Origin: Octopus sinensis | Lineage: Eukaryota | Assembly: GCF_006345805.1 (NCBI RefSeq) | Contig: NC_043024.1 | Location: forward strand, 5,828,001 to 5,892,000 | Reading direction: 5' to 3' | Length of the DNA: 64,000 nucleotides | Shown: positions 53,998 to 64,000 of the stretch, piece by piece | How positions within the stretch are numbered: the first letter of the stretch is position 1 | Layout of the letters: each line of letters starts with the position of its first letter | Made by a program: the position numbers and the translations under genes | The notes under the pieces: generated by a model | Database searches by the model: none | What the model was told of the DNA's origin: nothing | What the model saw: only the letters and a program-made list of their open reading frames with translations

Positions 53998-54420
53998 AGG
54001 TCATCACCGCAAACCTCGGCCAATTCGTAACAGTGTCATTAAGGAAGCTGATGGTGTACAATGTGCGGCTGCTAGTAGTAGTAACAGTGGTGGTGGCGGT
54101 GGTGGTGGAGGCGGCGGTGATAATACTACTGGTAGCGATAGCAGTGATAGAGGTGGTGGTGGTGGTGGCGGTGGCGGTGGTAGTAGCCGGAGTTTAAATG
54201 AAAGGCGGTAGCGGTGGCTGCGGTAGTCGTAGTGATAGAGACACTAGTGCGGCGACGGCGGCGGCGGGCGGCGGAGTGGACGGTTGAGGTGGTTGGAGGC
54301 GGCGGCGGCGCCGCAACAGCCAGAGAGCGAGCGAGCGCAATCGCTCTTCCAAGATGTAAAGTGAGAGGAAAGACATCACGACTTCGTCAACCTCCGTCAA
54401 TGGTCGAACACGAGACACAC
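53998..54420. promoter_or_regulatory. CpG/GC-rich island with trinucleotide runs; candidate alternative exon or promoter
   Basis: Dense CG and (GGC/GGT)n in an AT-rich window; the left boundary CTTTACAG|G is both a plus acceptor and a minus donor (CCT|GTAAAG). Confidence 0.4.
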
Positions 54421-54673
54421 ACACACACACACACATGCAACACACCACACGCAGTTACTTCCTCTTGACCCTTTCTTTCTTTTTCTTTCTTTCCTCTCTC
54501 TTACACACACACCCTCACACACACATATATATATATATATATCTTGATCATCTCTCCTTCAATTCTGCTCCCCAGACTTTGATGGGGGAGATTGTGCTTC
54601 TATCTATCTCTCCATCTATCCATCTATCTACCTACCTACCTATCTATCTATCTGTCCATCTATCTATCTGTCC

Positions 54674-54738
<65 letters not shown>

Positions 54739-55945
54739 CCTACCTACCTACCTACCTACCTACCTACCTGTCTTTTGTTTCACTCGTTATACTATGACCA
54801 TGCTGCAGCACCAACATGAAAGGTTTGGTCAAACAAATCGACCCCAGTTCTTATATCTGTAAAGCCTGGTGGTTATTTTATCGGTCTTGTTTTGGCAAGC
54901 TGCTAAGTTACAAGGACGCAAACAAACCAACACCGGTTGCCAGGTGGTGAGGAGTGGCTTATAGGAGCAGGAGTGGCTGTGTGGTAAGTAGCTTGCTTAC
55001 CAACCACATGGTTCTGGGTTCATTCCTACTGCGTGGCACCTTGGGCAAGTGTCTTCTACTATAGTATTGGGCTGACCAAAGCCTTGGGAGTAGATTTGGT
55101 AGACGGAAACTGAAAGAAGCCCGTCGTATATATGTATATACATATACAGGTGTGTATCTGTTTGTATGTCTGTGTTTGTCCCCACCCCCAACATCGCTTG
55201 ACAACCGATGGTGGTGTGTTTACGTCCCCGTCACTTAGCGTTTCGGCGAATGAGAATGATGGAATAAGTACTAGGTTTACAAAGAATAAGTCCTGGGGTC
55301 GATTTCTTCGACTAAAGGCGGTGCTCCAGCATGGCCACAGTCAAATGACTGAAACAAGTAAAAGAGTACACAAACACACACACACATACATATATACATA
55401 TATTAAGGCTTTCTCACTTTCTAAGCTTGTTTGTTTTTCCGTAAATTTCAACTATACACACACACAAACACGCGCGCAACAAGCTTCTTTCAATTTCCGT
55501 CTGCCAAATTCACTTTGGTCGGTCCTGAACAATAGCAGAAGACGGCGGGACTGAACCTGAATCCATATGGTTGAGAAGCAAACTTTTTACCACATAACTA
55601 CATCTGCGCCTGCCTACATACATACATTCATACATACATAAATACATACATACATACACACATACATACATACATGCATACATGCATACATACATACATA
55701 CATACATACATACATACACACATACATACATACACACATACATACATACATACACACATACATACACACATACATACATACACATACACACACACACATA
55801 CATACATACATACATACATACACACACACACGCAAACATACATATATACATACGAAATTCTAATGAAAGAATCTTGAATCTAGGTTAGAAACCGGCTCTT
55901 TCTCTATTGGCAAAAAATCGTGAAATAAAACTGAAAAATGACACA

Positions 55946-56157
55946 TACGAGGGGATGCGGAAAAGTTCCTTGTTCTGGGTAAAAGAAAATACAGGGGGGA
56001 ATCGGTGAATTATGATTTTATCCACCATATCCCCTCTCAAATTTACGCACGTATAGCAGAGGTCCTACGCCCTGTATAAAGAGCTCGGAAAGTTGGACCT
56101 TCATCCAGGTCTTTATCGATATCCTTAAAGTCAGGAACTTTTCAGCACCTCGTTGTA
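55946..56157. mobile_element. Mariner-type MITE
   Basis: Imperfect roughly 25-bp TIRs ending GAAAAGTTCCT, with TA ends. Confidence 0.65.
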
Positions 56158-56176
56158 TGTATGTGTTTACACACAC

Positions 56177-56245
<69 letters not shown>

Positions 56246-57053
56246 AAGAGAGAGAGACATGGGAATGAATAGCAGAGAGGGAGAATCAAGCACAGGGAGA
56301 CATAGAGAGAGTGATGATGGAGAGAGAGAGAGAGAGAGACAGAGAGAGGAAGGGGAAGAAAGAGAGAAACGAAAAGCGACAGAAAGAACAAGATAGATAA
56401 AGACGGTGCAACAGAGCGGAGGCGAAGCGAGACAGCAAAACACAGGGAGAAGTTCACAGCAATTAATGTGTGAAGCAGTGTGAAGAGAGCTCCAACCGCA
56501 ACGGCACTGATTTTTCGCTCTCGTTTTGTTCCCTGCTTTCAACTCTTTCCGTTAGGGTCAATTAAATACACGAACAGTTAGAAATAACTTGACGAAAGTT
56601 GCTCACTCAATCAACTTGGTAACAACACACAGATACAGTTGGCTTCGAGCCAAGGTAAAAGCGTGTGTAACTATCCGGGTGAATGTGTGTGTGTGTGGCG
56701 TAGAAAGAATATACATGTTTGTATGGGTTTGTATGTGAATATTTTTAAAGTTTATGTGTGTGTGTATGCGTGAACACACACACACGTTTGGTATGTAAAT
56801 GAACGTTTTCTTAAAAGTTTTTATACGTATGCGAGTGCATGTACGAATATATGTGTGTATCTATCTATCTATCTATCTATATATATATATATATAATTAG
56901 ATAGATAGATATGTAGGTATGTAGAAAGAAAGATAGATAGATAGATAACTAGATAGATAGATAGATAATTAGATAGATAGATAGATAATTAGATAGATAG
57001 ATAGATAATTAGATAGATAGATAGATAGATAGATAATTAGATAGATAGATAAT

Positions 57054-57089
<36 letters not shown>

Positions 57090-57105
57090 TAGATAGATAG
57101 ATAAT

Positions 57106-57138
<33 letters not shown>

Positions 57139-57366
57139 TGATAGATAGATAGATATGCTCTTTGGGCAACGAAGGTCGTAGAATCACTAAATATGCACTT
57201 GAAAATTTTTTTTTAATTTAAAATATTTTAATATGTTTTAATATGTTTCTAATATTGTGGTTCGTGTATTCATCAGATGAAAATGGTTTTTCATAATGAT
57301 ATAATGTAACCATTAAAAAATTCGTCGAAACAGGTGTAATGGATTGACATCTTTACATCGTTTGCT

Positions 57367-57399
<33 letters not shown>

Positions 57400-58360
57400 T
57401 ATTGAAGGACAAAAAAACAGGTATTGCAAAATCTTACTTCAGTAGCTTACAGTTGTTTCTGCTAAAAAAAGGAATGAGTTCTTGTGCAACATCATATAGT
57501 TTCTTTAGATAAAGTCTAAACTAAATAATTATATTAGACAGAGGAGTGGCTGTGTGGTAAGTAGTTTGCTTACCAACCATATGGTTCCGGGTTCAGTCCC
57601 ACTGCACGACACCTTGGGCAAGTGTCTTCTCCATAGCATTGGGCCGACTAAATCCTTGCGAGTGGATTTGGTATACGGAAACTGAAAGAAGCCTGTCGTA
57701 TATATGTATATATATATGTATGTGTGTCTGTGTTTGTCCCCCTAGCATTGCTTGACAACCGATGCTGGTGTGTTTACGTCCCCGTCACTTAGCGGTTCGG
57801 CAAAAGAGACCGATAGAATAAGTACTGGGCTTACAAAGAATATATGCATATATAAATATATACATACAATATATACATATACATGCATATATAAATATAT
57901 ACATACAATATATGCATATATAAATATATACATACATTAATATATACATATATGCATATATAAATATATACATACATATATGCATATATATATATACATA
58001 CATACATATATGCACACACACGCACACACATATATCTGTGGTGAGGTAGAGGGTGAGATGCTGCAGGTGACTGAGAACAAGTGATTGCATAAGATGTTAG
58101 TCATCACCATCTGATCTTGCAGCTCAGTTCTATTAAGATGAGTCGAGTGTGGAGTGGGGCAGAGTGTCACTGAAGTCGAGTGATGGGTGTGGTCAAAGTG
58201 TAGGCTGGAGTCTATAGTCTGCAAGTGTGCATGCGGACAAGCAGGTATGTATGCAGCACACAGCAGTGGCTTGTAAAGAGTTGAGCACCGAGAGAAGACA
58301 ATGGAACAATACTGCATGTGCATGTACTAACTTGCTTTTCAATATACACACTGGCATGTG

Positions 58361-58441
<81 letters not shown>

Positions 58442-58467
58442 CGTGCAGACATGGTTGTGTGTAAGAA

Positions 58468-58882
58468 GGCAGCGAGCTGGCAGAACCGTTAGCACGCTGG
58501 GCGAAATGCGTAGCCGTATTTCATCTGCCGTTACGTTCTGAGTTCAAATTCCGCCGAGGTCAACTTTGCCTTTCATCCTTTCGGTGTCAATAAATTAAGT
58601 ACCAGTTATGCACTGCGGTTGATATAATCATCTTAATCCGTTTGTCTGTCCTTGTTCGTCCCCTCTGTGTCTAGCCCCTTGTGGGTAGTAAAGAAATAGG
58701 TATTTTGTCTGCTGCTGCGTTCTGAGTTCAAATTCCGCCGAAGTCGTCTTTGCCTTTCATCCTTTCGGGGTCGATAAATTAAGTACCAGCTACGCACTGG
58801 GGTCGTGGGAATAGACATAATCCCTTTGTCTGTCCTTGTTTGTCCCCTGTGTTTAGCCCCTTGTGGGCAATAAAGAAATAAG
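58468..58882 (+). mobile_element. Second SINE family (OR-like), partially dimeric copy; over 15 copies or fragments in the window
   Basis: GGCAGCGAGCTGGCAGAA..GAGTTCAAATTCC..GCCTTTCATCCTTTCGGGGTCGATAAA. Also at 5443-5650, 10320-10548, 18450-18790, 22700-22920, 24855-25965 cluster, 45510-45742, 49368-49776. Confidence 0.8.
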
Positions 58883-59894
58883 AAGTTTGTTTCCCAACCA
58901 CATGTTTCTTGGGCAAGTGTCCTTTACTATGGCCTTGGGCCGACAAATACCTTGTGGTAGATGGAAACTGAGAGAAGCCCATAGTATACACATATGTGTC
59001 TGTGTGTGCGTCTTCGTATCTGTGTTTGTCACCCACCACCACTTGACAACTTGTGTGTTTAATATTCCTTTAACTTAGTAGTTCAGCAAAGGAAATTGAT
59101 AAAATAAATATCATGGACAGTTTGACCAGAGCTGGCCAAATTGAGAGCTGTACTAGGTTCCAGTCACACTTAGCTTGATTTATACAGCTAGATGCCCTTC
59201 CTAATACTAACCACTTCACATAGTGTTCTAGTTCTTCATATATATACTCTTTTACTCTTTTACTTGTTTCACTCATTTGACTGCGGCCATGCTGGAGCAC
59301 CACCTTTGAATCAAGCAACTCGACCCCGGGACTTATTCTTTTGTAAGCCCAGTACTTATTCTATCGGTCTCTTTTGCCGAACCGCTAAGTGACGGGGACA
59401 CAAACACACCAGCATCGGTTGTCAAGCAATGCTATGGGGACAAACACAGACACACAAACACACACACGCATATATATATATATATACATATATACGACGG
59501 GCTTCTTTCAGTTTCCGTCTACCAAATCCACTCACAAGGCTTTGGTCGGCCCGAGGCTATAGTAGAAGACACTTGCCCAAGGTACCACGCAGTGGGACTG
59601 AACCCGGAACCATGGGGTTGGTAGACAGGCTACTTACCACACAGCCAATACACACACACACACATACACGTGTGAGTGTGAATGAGATTGACAGAATATA
59701 TACTGGGGTTGGTTCATTGAACTAAAAATATCAAAGTTGTGCTCCAGCATGGCCACAGTGAAACAAGTAATAAGAAAAAAGAAGATATCTATGACGACAC
59801 ACACATATACAGATATATAAATACATGCACGTGTACAAATATACACATGCATACACACAAATGAATATATACCTACTTACATACACACACACAC

Positions 59895-60200
59895 ATTATC
59901 ATCATTGTTTAACGTCCGTTTTCCATGCTGGCATGGGTTGGACGGTTCGACTGGGGTCTGGGAAGCCAGAAGGCTGCACCAGGCTCCAGTCTGATCTGGC
60001 AGTGTTTCTATGGCTGGATGCCCTTCCTAACCCCAACCACTCCGTGAGTGTAGTGGGTGCTTTTTACGTGCCACCGGCATGGAAGCTAGTCAGGGCAGTA
60101 CTGGCAACGGTCATCTTTGGATGGTTCTCTTACGTGCCCCCGGCACTTGTATCACAGCCACAATTTCCATTGATGTTGATCGATTTCGATTTTGATTCTA
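59895..60200 (-). mobile_element. Solo RTE 3' UTR tail (many copies, e.g. 5685-5850, 24620-24830, 39660-39860, 47075-47445)
   Basis: Matches the 3' UTR of the RTE at 26737-27290 and ends in (GAT)n. Confidence 0.8.
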
Positions 60201-60298
60201 TACATATATATATATTTGGATATTAATTTCCTTATATTAATAATAATAGTATATTATAAAAAAATATATGCATATATATATATATATACACATATGTA

Positions 60299-60605
60299 TG
60301 GATGCACATGCCCTAGTGGTTAGAGCAGCAGACTCACAGTCGAGGGACTGTGGGTTCGAATCTCAGACCGGGTGATGTGTGTGTTTATGAGCGAAAGATC
60401 TAAGCTCCATGCGGCTCTGGCAGAAGGTAATGGAGAACTTCTGCTGACACTTTCGCCACAACGTTCTCTCACTCTTTCCTCCTGCATCTTGCAGCTCACC
60501 TGTGACGGACCGGCGTCCCGCCCAGGTGGGGAACCTATATGCCAAGGAAACCAGGAAACTGGCCCTAATGAGCCAGGTGTGGCTCGAGAAGGAACAAACA
60601 ACAAC
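60299..60605 (+). mobile_element. tRNA-headed SINE with V-domain-like core
   Basis: A-box CTAGTGG, B-box GGTTCGAATC, core GACGGACCGGCGTCCCGCCCAGG, (CAA)n tail. A related head occurs inverted at 36912-37216. Confidence 0.65.
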
Positions 60606-60718
60606 ATATATATATATAGAAGAAAATGGATACAATAACAATGGGAAGCTCGTGGTTTTCGCTGGTATGTCTTTAATTAATTAGAGAACAAAGAAGGAAG
60701 AATCTGAGATGAAGTTAG

Positions 60719-60767
60719 CATTAACGATCGTTTCAATTTACTGGTTTAAGTAAATCTCTTCAGAATG
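60719..60767 (-). ncRNA. Minimal type-I hammerhead ribozyme motif, sense to the integrin pre-mRNA
   Basis: CATT-CTGAAGA-GATTTACT(TAAACC)AGTAAATT-GAAA-CGATCG-UU-AATG; canonical core, 8-bp helix II, palindromic helix III ACGATCGT. Confidence 0.72.
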
Positions 60768-61291
60768 GGAATACAGGTAGATGCATTGGTTGGGATGCGA
60801 AAATAATTGATACATATGTGATGGTAATGTAAACAAATTGTTAATTCTTACATTAAATTTTGTTCTTGTACTGTTAAATTCACTGGGTAGAGGTTTGCTT
60901 GTCGTAGACTGGTTAGTTTCGTTGGGTAATTAGGGCGGGGTGAGTATTACTTAGGTGCGGGTTTCCTAGTTTAATTAAGCACATTTTTTTCACACATGTG
61001 TATTCAGTTTACGATTATATATATATATATGTATGTATGTATATATATATATATCACTCTTTTCTTTTCACTCTTTTACTTGTTTCAGTCATTTGACTGC
61101 GGCCATGCTGGAGCACCGCCTTTTTAATCGAGCAACTCGACCCCGGGACTTATTCTTTTGTAAGCCCAGTACTTATTCTATCGGTCATTTTTGCCGAACC
61201 GCTAAGTGACGGGGACATAAACGTACCAGCATCGGTTGTCAAGCAATGCTAGGGGGACAAACACAGATGCACACATATATATATACATATA

Positions 61292-61677
61292 CTAGCAGTA
61301 TCGCCCGGCGTTGCTCAGGTTTGTAAGGTAAATAACTATAAAGCATTTTTAGAGAGTTATAGCCAAAAAATAGCAAAAAAACGGAAAAAAAATGATGGTA
61401 AATTTTTTTTTGAGGGTTAAAAAAGGTCGAGTTGCGTCCCCTAGACAGTCTGTGGTTTGTGTTTCTGATTCTCGACCCCATGTCGAATTTATCGATTTTT
61501 TTCAGAACCGGGGGAACTTTTCAAAATTTTCGCTGCGTTAGTTTTGAACTATGACATTGGGCTATGTGTGTGTCAAGTTTCATCAGAATCGGTTGAAAGC
61601 CGTGGTCAGGGTGAGGGTACAAGCAAACAGACACACAGAAACACACACAGACAAACTGCCGTTTATATATAGAGAGA
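61292..61677 (-). mobile_element. Non-autonomous Helitron inserted in a SINE
   Basis: Same TC...hairpin-CTAG termini and 3' end as 1891-2274; splits an otherwise continuous SINE (about 61070-61843). Confidence 0.75.
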
Positions 61678-61840
61678 TACGACGGGCTTCTTTCAGTTTC
61701 TGTCTACCAAATCCACTCACAAGGCTTTGGTCGGCCCGAGGCTATAGTAGAAGACACCTGCCCAAGGTGCCACGCAGTGGGACTGAACCCGGAACCATGT
61801 GGTTGGTAAGCAAGCTACTCACCACACAGCCACTCCTGCG

Positions 61841-61878
<38 letters not shown>

Positions 61879-62714
61879 CAAATTGAGATAGGGGTTGTAA
61901 ATGCAACCTTCCATGGGATAACATATATCCAATATACTGCTAGTAATAAAGTATGTGATTGAGTATTATCGTGTAATTGATATTTGATTTAGATGTATTT
62001 CTCCATTTTCTTATCTTGTACATATATATATATATACATACATCCACACACACAAATACACAAAAAGAAGATGGGGGGGAAAAAGAAGTAACAATGTATC
62101 TGCTACAAACTATAAACTTATCTTTTACCCTTTCACTTCATTCAGCCATAAGTCTATGGCCATGCTGGGGCACCACCTTGAGAAATTTTTAATTGAATGA
62201 ACTGACCTCAGTACTTTTATGTTTTTAACCCTCGGTCACTTTTGCTAAAATGCAAAGTTATGGGGACATGAACGCAGCAACACTGGTTGTCAAGCAGTGG
62301 TGGGGGAGAAACACGGACACAAACACACACACACGCATATATATATATATATATTATATATATATATATATATACACACACATGAGGGGCTTCTTTTAGT
62401 TTCCATCTATCAAACTCACTCACATGGCTTTGATTGACCTGAGGCTAATATAGAAAACACTTGCCAGTCCTCAGTCAAACCATCCAACCCATGCTAGCAT
62501 GGAAAGTGGATGTTAAACAATGATGATGATGATATATATATATATAAACTTACTTGGAAATGGATGTGTGGCGTTCAATCATATAATAATATAAATAAAA
62601 CATATACATATATATGCATATATACATACATTTGTATATGCACATATGGGTACAGGACGTCACAAAACGTAAACAACATGAAATACGAAGACAAACTTGG
62701 GTACGCAAAGAATG

Positions 62715-62905
62715 AGAGAAACAAATGGAAAACAAGACAAGTAACATAAAGAGCGACCCTTCATCAGTTGTCGGCTGTCCGTCCGTCTACTCCTTATTTC
62801 GAGCATTTACTCATTAAATGCTCAAAATGAGGAGTAGATGGACAGCCGACAACTGATGAAGGGTCGCTCTTTATGTTACTTGTCTTGTTTTCCATTTGTT
62901 TCTCT
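62715..62905. repeat. Near-perfect hairpin palindrome (arms about 95 and 91 bp, 5-nt loop)
   Basis: Arms 62715-62809 and 62815-62905; each carries GACAA-CTGATGA-AGGG. Confidence 0.85.
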
Positions 62906-63117
62906 GGTTAACTTTACCCTTCTTCCTTTTTTTTTCCAAATGTGGGGTGGAGGGAGTAGGACATAAAATAAAATGGGAATTATAATAAGCAAGTACCAGG
63001 AAAGGGGGTCAGTGATGTCGGCTAACCTCCCCCCACCAACACGTCCCTTTATAAGTAAGCATTGCCTGCATCCCTAAATTGGGAGCCATACATGAAGGGT
63101 AGATCTTGTTTACTCAC

Positions 63118-63219
63118 CTTGTTTCTTCTTAACATCAATCCTATCTGTATCGTAATCCGAGATGATTAAATAATGGACGTAACATTCGTCTAACTCCACT
63201 GTACACTTCTTTTTTGTGT
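63118..63219 (-). CDS. ITGB: Integrin beta subunit, internal exon encoding the beta-tail domain (xTKKKCTVELDECYVHYLIISDYDTDRIDVKKKQ); upstream exons lie beyond the window
   Basis: Acceptor tttcttaatttcag and donor AAG|GTGAGT; 102 nt, phase 1-1, open in one frame only. Joins in frame to the TM exon and has the C-x5-C pattern of the beta-tail. Symbol is family-level only. Confidence 0.88.
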
Positions 63220-63313
63220 CTGAAATTAAGAAACATTGATAATTAATCATCATCATAACAATAACAACAGCCAGCATCATCATTTTTGGTTAATGTCCTC
63301 ATTCTATACTGAC

Positions 63314-63480
63314 CAGGGCCAGTCCTAGAGTTACTGGTGTCCTGGCCAAGCTAATCTTCAGCATGCACAAGTTTATGATTGTGAAAATCTCCTTGCCCTT
63401 ATTCACGTCCTCCTTTTCCTCACCTACCACATGGCACCCTGGGTGACTGCCCAAGTTGCCAGGACCTTGAGCTGGCCCTG
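63314..63480. mobile_element. Short MITE with CAGGGCC termini
   Basis: CAGGGCCAG...CTGGCCCTG inverted ends. Confidence 0.5.
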
Positions 63481-63763
63481 ATACTGATGTGTTGGGTGAT
63501 TTGACAGGATCTGATGGATCTTAAGGCCTACCTTGAGCTCCTGTGTCTACTTTGACATGCTTTCTATGGCTGGATGTCCTTGCTAACACCAACCACATTA
63601 CAGCATGTACTGGGTGCTTTTCCCATGCCACCAACATTAGTGAGGTCATCACACAGTATGCTGGACTATGAACCCCGAGGAGGGTAACTTTATGCTCAGA
63701 AATGAGGGCCTCATCTTCATCAAATTTAATGTCTGTTTTCCATGCTGGCATGGGTTGGACAGC

Positions 63764-63985
63764 TTAACCCTTTTGTTACCGTATTTATTTTGAGATACTC
63801 TGTGTTTCTTTCAATTAATTCTAAATACAACAAAGAATTTAGTAAAATAACTTAGTTATAATTAAGCTAGGGTTGAGAACATAAATCATGACTAAAGTTT
63901 GGTGGAAGATTTTTATTGAAAACTTATGAAAACAAAACATTTGTACCAGAGGCGGTTTCAGCCGGGTTGGTATTGAAAGGGTTAA
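63764..63985 (+). mobile_element. Single MITE family B copy
   Basis: TTAACCCTTTTGTTACC...GGTATTGAAAGGGTTAA, adjoining an RTE tail remnant. Confidence 0.85.
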
Positions 63986-64000
63986 TAGGAACTGACAAGG

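Noticed and set aside
57265-57345. CAGATGA...CGAAAC with an internal stem; also CTGATGA...GAAA at 9728-9760 and 21996-22020
   Set aside because: Helices I, II and III cannot all be formed around the core; at best heavily decayed.
60299-60375. tRNA-like sequences (also 37150-37216, 9190-9247 and other SINE heads)
   Set aside because: No complete cloverleaf; they continue directly into SINE bodies, so they are not tRNA genes.
60940-60962. TGAGTATTACTTAGGTGC resembles miR-12
   Set aside because: No complementary arm or precursor hairpin; diverges after about 12 nt and lies in a repeat-like fragment.

Overview
AT-rich eukaryotic genomic DNA dense in microsatellites and transposons. The SINE, RTE and mariner content matches an octopus (inference; no database search was run). 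One host gene is well supported: the last three coding exons of an integrin beta subunit on the minus strand (63118-63219 beta-tail; 28935-29101 transmembrane plus proximal tail; 22496-22564 NPxY tail and stop). They are separated by introns of 34,016 and 6,370 bp and splice in frame to ...KKKCTVELDECYVHYLIISDYDTDRIDVKKKQDCTELINITWLVVGIIGGILFIGLLVLIIWKGFTTYYDRREWPDLKSEQKKAQWHPQGNPIYHPASTTFENPVWGREK*. The rest is tRNA-derived SINEs, RTE and R4-like LINE remnants, Tc1/mariner relics, TTAA MITEs, short Helitrons and simple repeats. Main observations: (1) an apparent compensated double frameshift in the talin-contacting helix of the integrin tail, which may be real or an assembly error; (2) five to six unrelated minimal type-I hammerhead ribozyme motifs, often in long palindromes, including a G3:C8 core-swapped variant, one in the sense strand of the integrin intron and one downstream of a tRNA-like head; (3) a CpG-rich intronic island that could splice in frame to the transmembrane exon; (4) a TTAA-MITE array with a shared spacer and an inverted dimer. 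Most ORFs in the supplied track are microsatellite or repeat artefacts. Repeat boundaries were read by eye and are approximate.
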